Source: an uncultured bacterium (GTDB lineage: Bacteria; Patescibacteriota; JACMRA01). From it: a stretch of 64,000 nt of DNA. Below the pieces are notes generated by a model, which did no database searches, was not told where the DNA came from, and worked only from the letters and a program-made list of their open reading frames with translations. Below, in pieces: positions 39,437 to 50,890 of this stretch (its first letter is position 1; each line of letters starts with the position of its first letter). The stretch lies in the NCBI GenBank assembly GCA_963704645.1, contig OY969926.1:384001-448000 (forward strand). Reading direction: 5' to 3'. Made by a program: the position numbers and the translations under genes.

Positions 39437-40042
39437 ATGGCGTTCAATAATTTTCATAGATTGCCAACTCGAAATCAGAGTAGTCTTGTTACCCAATTGC
39501 ATAAACTAATCCATTATTATGGCGAGATTTTTCCTGCCCGAGATAGATCTTATCTTAAAACTCTAACCTCTTTAGAAAAATCTATATATTGGCTTGAAGA
39601 TGAGGAAAAAAAGATGGTTGCTACCGCAATTGTTGATCCGAATCACCACATTAAATTAGATGATTTAGATTTGGTAGTTCTTGGTTATTTAATCTCAAGA
39701 AGGCCAGGGCAAATTGATAGAATTTTGGCTCACGTCTGGTCTGATTACGAATTAAAAAGTATTTTACTTTTATCTAGACCTGCTTTGGCAGCTGCAATTA
39801 ATAAAGAAGATTTAGGCTTAGTTGCCCTGTCTCCTTTAGAATTGGAGCAATTTTGGCCACACTTGGCTAATATAAAAACCAATTTTTTCAATATATCCAA
39901 TGAAACACTATCCAAGGCTTTAGATAGAAAAAACTATCAAGTGTTTTTAAGAATAACAGAAGAAGATAAACAAACCTTGGCTAAAACCAACCCTGAATTA
40001 GTTAAATTAATTAGAAATAAGGAAGTAGAACTTGCAAAATAG
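39437..40042 (+). CDS. Hypothetical protein
   Basis: 201-aa ORF followed by an AGTGCT-TAA-AGGCACT-like hairpin and a T-run. Confidence 0.65.
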   Translation: MAFNNFHRLPTRNQSSLVTQLHKLIHYYGEIFPARDRSYLKTLTSLEKSIYWLEDEEKKMVATAIVDPNHHIKLDDLDLVVLGYLISRRPGQIDRILAHVWSDYELKSILLLSRPALAAAINKEDLGLVALSPLELEQFWPHLANIKTNFFNISNETLSKALDRKNYQVFLRITEEDKQTLAKTNPELVKLIRNKEVELAK

Positions 40043-40239
40043 TTTTATATTTTGCTATGCAGAATGAGTGCTTAAAGGCACTTTTTTTGTTTTAATATTA
40101 TATTTCATATTATTTTTTTTGGTATTTTTTGGTAGATTACACGGTTTGTTGAAAGTGAAGAAATAATGAGAAAATAAGCATAATTACAATATTTTCATGT
40201 GTTGGGGTAAAATATAAAAGTTATTTTCTTAGTTTATTC

Positions 40240-40269
40240 TTGACAAAAGTTTAGACTTTGTTCTATTCT
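40240..40269 (+). promoter_or_regulatory. Putative 16S rRNA promoter
   Basis: TTGACA-N18-TATTCT about 115 nt upstream of the 16S start. Confidence 0.5.
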
Positions 40270-40384
40270 GATAAGGAACTTCTAGCAAGAAAATTCGAGA
40301 TTAACATTTGGAAGATGTACCTTTAATGTTTTATATGTACGATATATTTAGGAGAAAGTAACCAAGAGTCAAATTAAACTCTTT

Positions 40385-41873
<1,489 letters not shown>

Positions 41874-42134
41874 AAGGAGAATACGGTGAGGATGCTTTAT
41901 TTTAAAGTATTCAATACCCGACTTTGATTGATTAACGTAAGTTAAATCTATTTTTACAGTTCATCTGGTTTTTCTAAAAAATTACAAATCTCAAATTAGC
42001 TTCAATGCTTTAGGATATTTGAGTGGAGTTTAAAAGTAGCTCTTGGTTACTTTCTTTTGAATATAACTTCTAACACATAACGATACATCTTTCCAAATAA
42101 TTTTTCTAATTTTCTTATAAAAGTTCGCATTTAA

Positions 42135-42156
42135 TTCCCCGTAAGGGGAGTTTTTT
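42135..42156 (+). terminator. Rho-independent terminator closing the 16S transcript
   Basis: TTCCCC-GTAA-GGGGAG followed by TTTTTT. Confidence 0.75.
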
Positions 42157-42202
42157 GTTTTTGACAGAAGAAGTTAGCAAGTATTTGTTTAACTTAACAA
42201 TT

Positions 42203-42850
42203 ATGTCTAGTAATATTTTACCTTTAGAAAAAGTAATTGAAATACTTAAAACATCAAATCTTCCAGGATTGGTAGGTGGTGAGAAATATATTTTAAGTTA
42301 TTATAAACGTGATCCAACGGCATTTACTTATTGGTATAATAAAGCAGAATATCATTCTAACGAAAGAAATAAAAATGGTTTGGGTGGTTCAAGTTATTCA
42401 CTTTGGATTGCTGCAAATTATGTATGTGGTAAATTAGACTATCCTCATACCTTTTATTGCAAATATTGTATGCTAAATTTCCATGAGACGAATGAATTAA
42501 AGCCTCAATTTGAACATTTTTTACCAAGAGTACAGCGCCCATCAAACATTAATGAAGCCTGTGATTTTTGTAATAAATTAAAAGCTGATAAAACACCTGA
42601 GTATTTCTGGGATCAGTTGTCCGATGAGAAAATTATAAAAGGTTTGCAACCACTTAACAAGCATTTTCTTCCGCTAATCGTTAGGTATAATTCGTCTTTA
42701 GAAAAGCATAATTGGAGAACTTTAGATTGGAAATATTTTATGATAACTTTTGCTAAAAATGATTTTGGGATTGAAATTATAGATGATAATCAGTTTGAAG
42801 TTATAAGAAAATATTGCATTTTGTTTAGAAATAAATATAAGCCTAAATAA
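42203..42850 (+). CDS. HNH endonuclease-domain protein
   Basis: CKYC...EHFLPR...N...ACDFCNKLK. Confidence 0.8.
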   Translation: MSSNILPLEKVIEILKTSNLPGLVGGEKYILSYYKRDPTAFTYWYNKAEYHSNERNKNGLGGSSYSLWIAANYVCGKLDYPHTFYCKYCMLNFHETNELKPQFEHFLPRVQRPSNINEACDFCNKLKADKTPEYFWDQLSDEKIIKGLQPLNKHFLPLIVRYNSSLEKHNWRTLDWKYFMITFAKNDFGIEIIDDNQFEVIRKYCILFRNKYKPK

Positions 42851-42937
42851 ACCAACGCGGTATCTTTTAATAGTCTTATGAATTTAATATATATGTTTTG
42901 ACAAAAGGCCTGAGGGCGGGTTTAGTTGGTTTATACA

Positions 42938-44848
42938 ATGAAAATTATGTCGGCGGCTTTAGTTAAAAATATAAAAATATTTATTCAGGAAATCCAGAAA
43001 GTCTATAACACTGGTAAAGCTACTGAGCATAGTTATAGAAAATCACTAGAGACTCTATTAGAAAGTATTCACCCATCTATCCAAGCTTTAAATGAAGCTA
43101 AAAGACAAAGTGTGGGAGCTCCAGACTTTATTTTATTTAGAGAAAAGGTTCAGGTTGCCTTTCTTGAAGCTAAAGATATTCCTGAAAGACTTAGCGACAA
43201 AAAACATGTAGACCAAATACAAAGATATCAAGCTTTGGGTAATCTATGTTTTACAAATAATTTAGACTGGCGATTTTATAAAGGTAAAGACTTAGTTGCT
43301 GAAATTTGCATAGGAATAATAAACTTAAACGGGCAAATTGAAATTATCGAAGACAGTTTAGATACGTTGGCTAGCTTTTTAACCGAGTTTGCAGAAAGAA
43401 AGACCATAACCATAAATACGAGTAAAGAATTGGCAGAGATTATGGCCAATAAAGCCAAAGTCATGAGAGAAATTTTAGTAAGAATATTAGAACAAGATAT
43501 TAAAGAAAACAATTCGTCTACAATTTTTCAAGAATATGAAACTTTCAAGAAAATTTTAATTCACGATTTGGAAATTACCCAATTTGCAGATATTTATAGC
43601 CAAACTGTTGCTTATGGTCTTTTTACTGCAAGGTATTACGATAATTCAATAGACACCTTTACTAGAGCTGAAGCTGCTAATGACTTGCCTAAGTCTAATC
43701 CATTTCTTAGAAAACTGTTTCAGACTATTGCTGGTTATGACTTAGATGAAAGGTTGGCTTGGGTAGTTGATAATTTAGTTAATGTTTTTGCTCATAGTGA
43801 TGTTAAAGCTTTAATGGCCGATTTTGGAAAAGCTACCAATGTTTCTGATCCAGTCTTACATTTTTACGAAACTTTTTTGTACCACTATGACCCAAGTACG
43901 CGTAAAGCCAGAGGTGTTTATTATACACCAGACCCAGTAGTTAAATATATTGTTAAAAGTGTGGATGAGATTTTGCAAACAGAATTTAACTTGCCAATGG
44001 GGCTGGCTGATAACTCTAAAATTGATATAGAAATTTCTGCAGAGGAGGCAAAAAACAATTCCAAAGCTAAAAAAATAGGGAGTAAGTACTTTGTAGATTT
44101 TCATAGGGTACAAATATTAGATCCAGCTACTGGTACAGGTACTTTTCTGCTTGAAGTTTTCAATAATATTTACACTAAGTTTGAAAACAGCAAAGGAATT
44201 TGGCAAAGTTATGCCCAAAACGATTTGTTACCAAGAATACACGGCTTTGAAATTTTAATGGCTAGTTACACCATGGTGCATTTAAAATTAGCTATGTTTT
44301 TAACCGAAAAAGAAGTAGAAATTAAAAACAGGCTGTCAGTTTATTTAACCAATTCTTTGGAAGAACAAAAAGACGATGGTTTTGACTTATTTAGTAAATG
44401 GCTAACCGACGAAGCTGAAGAAGCTAGTAGAGTTAAAAATCAAGCTCCCGTAATGGTAGTAATTGGCAACCCTCCTTATTCGGTTAGTTCTTCAAATAGT
44501 GGCGAGTGGATTCAGAATTTAATTAAAACTTACAAAGAAAACTTAAACGAGAGAAAGATAAATTTAGATGATGATTATATAAAATTTATTCGCTATGGCC
44601 AACATTATATAGAAAAAAATGGTGAGGGAATTTTGGCTTACATTTCAAACAACTCTTTTATAGACGGTGTAACCCACAGGCAAATGAGAAAGTCTTTAAT
44701 GGAAACTTTTGATAAAATTTATATTTTGGATTTACATGGAAACAGCAAGAAAAAAGAAACTACACCAGACGGCGGAAAAGACGAAAATGTATTTGATATT
44801 CAACAAGGGGTGAGCATTAATATTTTTGTGAAGAAAAAGAAAAATTAA
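42938..44848 (+). CDS. Type IIG/ISP-like restriction-modification enzyme, N-terminal part (nuclease + N6-adenine MTase)
   Basis: GAPDF...LEAK, RGVYYTP, ILDPATGTGTF, GNPPY; ends at NVFDIQQGVSINIFVKKKKN. Confidence 0.88.
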   Translation: MKIMSAALVKNIKIFIQEIQKVYNTGKATEHSYRKSLETLLESIHPSIQALNEAKRQSVGAPDFILFREKVQVAFLEAKDIPERLSDKKHVDQIQRYQALGNLCFTNNLDWRFYKGKDLVAEICIGIINLNGQIEIIEDSLDTLASFLTEFAERKTITINTSKELAEIMANKAKVMREILVRILEQDIKENNSSTIFQEYETFKKILIHDLEITQFADIYSQTVAYGLFTARYYDNSIDTFTRAEAANDLPKSNPFLRKLFQTIAGYDLDERLAWVVDNLVNVFAHSDVKALMADFGKATNVSDPVLHFYETFLYHYDPSTRKARGVYYTPDPVVKYIVKSVDEILQTEFNLPMGLADNSKIDIEISAEEAKNNSKAKKIGSKYFVDFHRVQILDPATGTGTFLLEVFNNIYTKFENSKGIWQSYAQNDLLPRIHGFEILMASYTMVHLKLAMFLTEKEVEIKNRLSVYLTNSLEEQKDDGFDLFSKWLTDEAEEASRVKNQAPVMVVIGNPPYSVSSSNSGEWIQNLIKTYKENLNERKINLDDDYIKFIRYGQHYIEKNGEGILAYISNNSFIDGVTHRQMRKSLMETFDKIYILDLHGNSKKKETTPDGGKDENVFDIQQGVSINIFVKKKKN

Positions 44849-44857
44849 ATTAAAATT

Positions 44858-46636
44858 ATGACTGAAAATGAACTGGTAAAAATAATTAATAAACTAAAAC
44901 AAGAAAATGAAATTACTTGGATTGAGGCTAAAAGTAATCTGTCTGATTTGCATAAAATTGGTAAGACTATCTCTGCACTGGCAAACTCTGCTAGCTGGAA
45001 AGATGAGGAATATGGATACTTAGTATGGGGTCTTGAAGATAATACTTGGAATATATTAGGAACTAATTTTAAGCTGGATAAAATAAAAGAAGGAAATTTA
45101 GATGGTAATTTGTGGTTAAAAGAGAGAGGTTTTGATTATAAGTGTGATTTTGAAGAGCGAGAGTTTACTATTGAAAATGAACGAATTTATGTTTTAAAAA
45201 TAAAGAATTGTTTTAATGAACCACTTTATTTTTTTCATAAAGACAAGCAGGCTTGGATAGCGCACATTAGAGAAGGTCAAAACAATGATGAACTCAAAAA
45301 TTTCCCTGAGAGACAAACATATATCTGTTCTAAAAAAGTAGGTTTTGACTGGTCAGCTCAGATTTGTGATGGTGCAACGCTTGATGATTTAGATGAAGAG
45401 GCTATTGAAAAAGCTAAAAGAGGTTATGTAGAAAAAAACTATGAATCCGATGTAGATAGAAAAAAAGAAATTGAGGAATACGACACAAATACTTTCCTGA
45501 ATGAGGCTAAATTGAATATAAATGGCAAGATAACCAAAACCACGATATTACTTTTAGGCAAAGAAAAGTCAGTTCACTATCTAAATACTATGGCTGAGAT
45601 AATGTGGGAAGAAAATGGGACTGAAGCATATAAAAAGTTTAAATTACCCTTTATTTTTGCTATAGATAACCTAGCTAATCACATTAGAATTAGAGATATT
45701 GAATATCCCATTTTTATGGCTGGCCAACAGACAGGACAACATGGCAAAATCCCAAACTATACTTTTAAAAATCTTAGAGAAGCTATATCAAACTGTGTGG
45801 CTCACCAAGATTATGCGATGCAGGAAAAAATTTTAGTTTATGAATCAGTTGATAAAATTACTTTGAAAAATGCTGGCAAACCATTGTTGCGGGAAAAAGA
45901 TTACAACGAACTGTTAAAACCTAAGGATCGAAATTTTGCTCCAAATAAATATAGAAATAAATGGCTCTATGAAGCAATGGACACTATTGGTTTGGTAGAA
46001 GGTAGGGGTAGTGGTTTTAGGAAAATATTTGATTATAGTACTAACAAAGCATTTTTACCAGCTCCTAGTGCAAATTTTGATTTGCAAGATAGGTTTGAGT
46101 ATACAATCTATGGAAGCGAAATAGATCCTATTTTTACTAAAATTTTAATTGAAAAAAAGGATTTGGATATTGGGATAATTTTACTTTTAGACAGAGTTCA
46201 AAAATACTCAAAAAATATTATAAATAGGCCAATAATCACCGACCAGTTTCAAATACTAAAAAAGCTAAAATTGGTAGAAGGGAGGTATCCAAAAATTTAT
46301 TTATCAGCAGAGATAATGGAGGTTTTAGATCAAAAAGAAGAATATATAAATAACAAAGGTTTTGATGAGATTTATTACATTGATTTGATACTTTCTTATA
46401 TGGAAAAATATTCCAATGCCTTGAGAATAAATATTTCTAGATTGTTGGAAAATAAACTGCCAGATGACGGAACCAATAAGTATGAAAAAGTTTCTAACTT
46501 ATTAAGAAAGATGAAAAATAAAAACATTATAGAAGTTGATAAAACTAATGGATTTCAAAATTCAACATGGAAACTTACAAGTGATTACAAGAAAAATTAT
46601 GAAGTTTACAAGACAATTTACAAGAGAAAAACCTAA
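44858..46636 (+). CDS. AlbA_2/Schlafen-like domain + HATPase_c_4-like + wHTH protein, nested in the R-M gene
   Basis: WIEAK...ISALANS...GYLVWG; LREAISNCVAHQDY; YRNKWL...GLVEGRGSG. Confidence 0.8.
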   Translation: MTENELVKIINKLKQENEITWIEAKSNLSDLHKIGKTISALANSASWKDEEYGYLVWGLEDNTWNILGTNFKLDKIKEGNLDGNLWLKERGFDYKCDFEEREFTIENERIYVLKIKNCFNEPLYFFHKDKQAWIAHIREGQNNDELKNFPERQTYICSKKVGFDWSAQICDGATLDDLDEEAIEKAKRGYVEKNYESDVDRKKEIEEYDTNTFLNEAKLNINGKITKTTILLLGKEKSVHYLNTMAEIMWEENGTEAYKKFKLPFIFAIDNLANHIRIRDIEYPIFMAGQQTGQHGKIPNYTFKNLREAISNCVAHQDYAMQEKILVYESVDKITLKNAGKPLLREKDYNELLKPKDRNFAPNKYRNKWLYEAMDTIGLVEGRGSGFRKIFDYSTNKAFLPAPSANFDLQDRFEYTIYGSEIDPIFTKILIEKKDLDIGIILLLDRVQKYSKNIINRPIITDQFQILKKLKLVEGRYPKIYLSAEIMEVLDQKEEYINNKGFDEIYYIDLILSYMEKYSNALRINISRLLENKLPDDGTNKYEKVSNLLRKMKNKNIIEVDKTNGFQNSTWKLTSDYKKNYEVYKTIYKRKT

Positions 46637-46710
46637 AAACCTTTATTTTATAGTGAAAATATTTACAAGGAAAGAAAATATTTAAATATAAAATGTCACT
46701 AACTTACAAG
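46575..46710 (+). repeat. Six copies of TTACAAG
   Basis: Starts at 46575, 46585, 46606, 46618, 46663 and 46704. Confidence 0.8.
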
Positions 46711-46768
46711 ACAAATGCACTGAAAATCTTAAATATTATAACGAATCAACATCAAAAGCACCCCTCCT

Positions 46769-47236
46769 ATGCCAGCCAAAATATACCACTATAACCTATA
46801 CGGAAAACGAGATGAAAAATATGAGTTTTTAAAAAATAATTCTGTTTCAACAACAAATTGGACTGAATTACAACCTGACGAAAAGTATCATTTCTTTGTA
46901 CCTAAAGATTTTGGAGAGCAAGTGGAATGGGAGAAGGGGGTTAAGGTGAGCGAGTTGTTTGAGGTGTTTAATAGTGGGGTGGAGACACAAAAAGATTCTA
47001 TTACTATTAACTTTGAAAAATTAACCTTAAATCAGATCAAAAAAGACTTTTTGGAATTGGAAAATAAACAAATCTTGGATAAGTATAAAATTACAGAATC
47101 AAGGGATTGGAAAATTGATTTAGCTCGTGAAGATCTGAAAAATACACAAACTATAAAAATAAACTACCGTCCTTTTGATTATCGCTGGACAGAATACTCT
47201 GGAAAGTCAAAAGGATTTATGGCTTACCCTAGGCAT
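46769..47236 (+). pseudogene. C-terminal (specificity) part of the type IIG/ISP R-M enzyme, truncated by IS481
   Basis: MPAKIYHYNLYGKRDEKYEFL...FFVPKD...SGVETQKD...YRPFDYRW...YPR, then IS sequence. Confidence 0.8.
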
Positions 47237-48316
47237 TGTATATGTCAACTTATTCAGTGACAGAATTAAGTTTCTCATAGGGAGTAATATTACCAATACC
47301 TTGATGTCTTCTAATATGGTTGAAGTAGCAACAATATTCAAATAATTCTTCTTCTAAACTTTCTTTATCTGGGTATACTTGCTCTCTAAGTAATTCTTCC
47401 TCTAAACTTCTCCAGAATCTTTCTACTTTACCATTGGTTTGTGGCCTGTAGGCTCTAGTGTACTTATGCTTAATGTTGTATTCTAACAGTAATCTTTCAA
47501 ATGGATGGTTTTGTTTGTTTTCTTCTTTTGTTTCTTTCCTTCCAAATTCGGGTCCATTGTCTGTTAATATACTTTGAAAATCTATGTTGTAACATCTATT
47601 GAATACTGCTAATAATCTTTGAGTATAAAGCATAACTGTTAGAGCTTGCAGATTAGGTATTAGTATGGTCATAACTATTCTAGTAAAGTCATCTGTTAAG
47701 CTTAGTAGAAAGTATTCATTCTTTTCACCCTCCAGTATTCCTTTAGCTAGTCTGTGGCAATCCATATGGCCTAATTCTCCTGCTTTATCTTTAATGATTC
47801 TTCTTTTGTTAGTTTGAATTACTCTTGGATCTAATCTATTCAATCCTTTCTTTAATAGTATATTGTAAATAGTCGTAGGTGAAGGAGTATATTTACCATA
47901 CTTAGGTAAAAGGAAATCGTGTATCTCATATCTACCAAATCCTTGGTTTCTAAGTTCAATAATCTTATTCTGTATGAAAGGAATACTTTTTAAACTACCA
48001 AACTTTCTCCCTCTTTTCTTTGGAATTAAACTACTATCCATAGAAACTAATTTATACCTATTGTAATATTTGATGAAGTTTTGTCTAGTTATATTATTTG
48101 CTTTGTAGAATTCATTTACAAATACATATCTAGGATGTTTCCTTGTTTTAATTAATTCATATTCTTGAACTAATTGTTTCATATGTCTAAGGTAATTCTT
48201 GGTTAAAGTATTATCATTTAAACGCATATTATGTTAGAATATATGTTGTTAAAAATTTAACAGAAATAATCTAAAAGAAGATTTAAATTCTGTCACTGAA
48301 ATTTATGACATATACA
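47237..48316 (-). mobile_element. IS481-family insertion sequence, 1080 bp
   Basis: Ends TGT...ACA with IRs TGTATATGTCA-N5-TTCAGTGACAGAATT; flanks AGGCAT and AGGATG do not form a TSD. Confidence 0.88.
47250..48227 (-). CDS. IS481-family DDE transposase
   Basis: GHMDC, DDFTR, LTDNGPEF, YRPQTNGKVERF. Confidence 0.92.
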   Translation of the reverse strand: MRLNDNTLTKNYLRHMKQLVQEYELIKTRKHPRYVFVNEFYKANNITRQNFIKYYNRYKLVSMDSSLIPKKRGRKFGSLKSIPFIQNKIIELRNQGFGRYEIHDFLLPKYGKYTPSPTTIYNILLKKGLNRLDPRVIQTNKRRIIKDKAGELGHMDCHRLAKGILEGEKNEYFLLSLTDDFTRIVMTILIPNLQALTVMLYTQRLLAVFNRCYNIDFQSILTDNGPEFGRKETKEENKQNHPFERLLLEYNIKHKYTRAYRPQTNGKVERFWRSLEEELLREQVYPDKESLEEELFEYCCYFNHIRRHQGIGNITPYEKLNSVTE

Positions 48317-48372
48317 AGGATGACAATTTTTGGCTATTAACTCACAATTCTCATCAATAAGTTGAGATACAC

Positions 48373-49500
48373 TTAAGTTCTAAACGGAGAATTGTTGGCG
48401 TAATTTGTACAGGTTGCTTTGTTGCTTTCGTCTTGGAATTTATCACACATTTCAGTTATAGTTTGTTCAGCTTTGCCAAACATTAGAACGTAGTAATTAA
48501 CAGAGCCTTGGAAACAACTATTTTTGTATTTTGCTTCTACAGACTTGCAATAAGCTTCCATTTTTTCTGGATTAAGTAAATCGGAGCGAAGAATTCCAGC
48601 TGACATTCCCCTAATACAAGTTTGGGCAAAGCTGTTTGCCTGTGAACATTTTTGTAAGGAAAGATAGGGGTCTTTAGTCACTTTAAAAATGTATCTTCCG
48701 GAATAGTAATAGCAAGTGTCGTTATATGGGGAAGGGTAGTTGCTGCATGGGTAAAAAGGATTTTCTGGGTTTAAGAATGGCTTTTTGGAATCAATAATGT
48801 TTTCTGAATCAAAGTTTTCCATAAAAACGCCTTCTCCACACCAAATCTCCTGTTTTGTATTTTGAAGTTTTTTGCAAAGCAGAACCGATTCATCTGTGTT
48901 ATATTTAGAAATTAACATTGCTCCATGCCCCAAAGCGTGAAAACATCCTCCATCGTTAGGGTCTGTGCATAAACTAGTTATGGTTTCTTCCGCGTTTGGT
49001 ACAGTATCTAAGTAGTTTTCAATAACACCGTGAATGTAGCCACCTCCGCAAATATCTAAGTTGTAGGATATAGCTTTAGCGGTGTCGTTATTGTATTTTT
49101 CTAAGGCGAATCGTCCAATTTGGTGTGTGAAAGTGTGGCAATTTTTTTGAACAACTTTTACAGTGTAAGTGTCTGATGCTAGCTTATTTAAAGCCTCTTT
49201 TGGATTAGTATCCATTACAACTTTCTTAAGCTCCGCACTATAAATATCAAACTCTGAAAGTTCAAAAAAGTTTTGATCAGAGGACATCGCTATAGAGGTA
49301 GTCCACTTAGGATTGGCCATATCTTTTTTAGGAACAATGGGTTCAATATTGTTGGAAACAACCTCTGATAATTTTATGGAACTAGGTTTAGTTGTATTCT
49401 GCGGGGCTTTAGCTTGGAATGCCAACCAGCCAAAACCAACAGAAAGAATAATTAAAAAAGTTAATACACTGTAATATATAGTGTTTTTGTTAAGGTGCAC
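48373..49500 (-). CDS. Membrane-anchored Cys/His-repeat protein
   Basis: N-terminal TM; CHTFTHQIG, CGGGYIHG, CFHALGHG, CGEGVFME and further Cys-led repeats. Confidence 0.7.
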   Translation of the reverse strand: MHLNKNTIYYSVLTFLIILSVGFGWLAFQAKAPQNTTKPSSIKLSEVVSNNIEPIVPKKDMANPKWTTSIAMSSDQNFFELSEFDIYSAELKKVVMDTNPKEALNKLASDTYTVKVVQKNCHTFTHQIGRFALEKYNNDTAKAISYNLDICGGGYIHGVIENYLDTVPNAEETITSLCTDPNDGGCFHALGHGAMLISKYNTDESVLLCKKLQNTKQEIWCGEGVFMENFDSENIIDSKKPFLNPENPFYPCSNYPSPYNDTCYYYSGRYIFKVTKDPYLSLQKCSQANSFAQTCIRGMSAGILRSDLLNPEKMEAYCKSVEAKYKNSCFQGSVNYYVLMFGKAEQTITEMCDKFQDESNKATCTNYANNSPFRT

Positions 49501-49811
49501 GAAGCTATTATAGTCTACAATACAGTGTTTGTCTAAATTAGAAAAGAAGTTGAATAGTTACTTTTACTCCAGATATATTTCAGAGAATTATAAATCGAAA
49601 AATTTTTTTGATTAACGGTCGAAGTTATTGAAAACCTTTGTGAACAATTTTCACAAAATTAAAATTATGTTCATATACACTGTCCTAGGAAGAAAGTGGT
49701 AACTTTGAGATCTACTTTAAATTTAAGAAAGTGGAGGATAAAACAGAGTGGAGCTTTGCAGATATTTATTTTAATTTATTACTGCCTTCTAAAAGACTTA
49801 AATTGCTCAAT

Positions 49812-50714
49812 TTACCTTTGGCAAAACTTGCAATACACCGTGGTTCTGCCTGCTAATTTTTGACTAGAAAGTATGTTTCCACAGACCAAACATTCTTTGT
49901 TGCCTCGGTTGTAAACCTTGTGTTGTTTGGCGTAATTTCCTTTTGTTCCGTCACCTAGTAAATAGTTAGCAACTGAAGATCCTCCAGCTTCTACAGCCAA
50001 ACTAATAATTTTTAAAATGGAATAATATAATTGCTCAACCTCTTTTTTGGTAAGCGAGTCTGCATTTCTAGTGGGTAAAACTTTAGAGTCAAAACAAACT
50101 TCATCGCAGTAAATATTTCCTAAACCAACTACAACTTCCTGGCTTAAAAATAGGGCTTTTAAATTCCCTTTTCTCCCTTTCATTTTGTTTTTAAAATATT
50201 CCAAACTAAAACTTTCTGAAAAAGGTTCAACCCCTAAATTTTCAAAATGATTTTCTGCTTCCAGATTTTCTGCATCTTTAAAATATAGCAAATATCCAAA
50301 CATTCTTGTGTCGTTAAAATACAGTGTTCCTTGCTCTAACTCAAAAATAATATGGGAATGCTTGTTAGGAACTTCAACAGAAGAAATGGCAATTGGATGT
50401 CCACCTAATACTACCTCCGAATTTTCAGCATTGCCTTTGTAAACCAATTGCCCAGTCATTTTTAAATGAATTAAAACAATTTTACCCGAAAATGTTGTTA
50501 AAATTAAATTCTTAGCCCTTCTTTCCAAACTCTTAATATGCTCGCCAACTAATTGAGTTTCAAATTCTTGTACCTTTTCTTCAGATTCAAAGCGAACTGT
50601 TCCTTTGTTGCTAACCAACTTTGGCTTAAAAACTTTTACGCTTACAATTTTTTGACCAACAATTAGTGGAATTAAACTACGTCTTAAACTTTCTACTTCT
50701 GGTAATTCTGGCAT
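49812..50714 (-). CDS. mutM: Formamidopyrimidine-DNA glycosylase
   Basis: MPELPEVE, HLKMTG, DTRMFG, GLGNIY, C-terminal Zn finger. Confidence 0.95.
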   Translation of the reverse strand: MPELPEVESLRRSLIPLIVGQKIVSVKVFKPKLVSNKGTVRFESEEKVQEFETQLVGEHIKSLERRAKNLILTTFSGKIVLIHLKMTGQLVYKGNAENSEVVLGGHPIAISSVEVPNKHSHIIFELEQGTLYFNDTRMFGYLLYFKDAENLEAENHFENLGVEPFSESFSLEYFKNKMKGRKGNLKALFLSQEVVVGLGNIYCDEVCFDSKVLPTRNADSLTKKEVEQLYYSILKIISLAVEAGGSSVANYLLGDGTKGNYAKQHKVYNRGNKECLVCGNILSSQKLAGRTTVYCKFCQR

Positions 50715-50890
50715 AATATTAGTAGTGTTAATTTCAGATTAATTTCTGACAAGTTTGTGCTACTCAGACTCCAATTTATTAAAAAAACCAACAAGTTAAA
50801 TTATCAAACTTTACTGTGAATTAGAGCAAGTCTAATAAATGAACATAATTTTTACTGGGCAAACTGTTTGGTTTGGTTTAAACTATTAAA

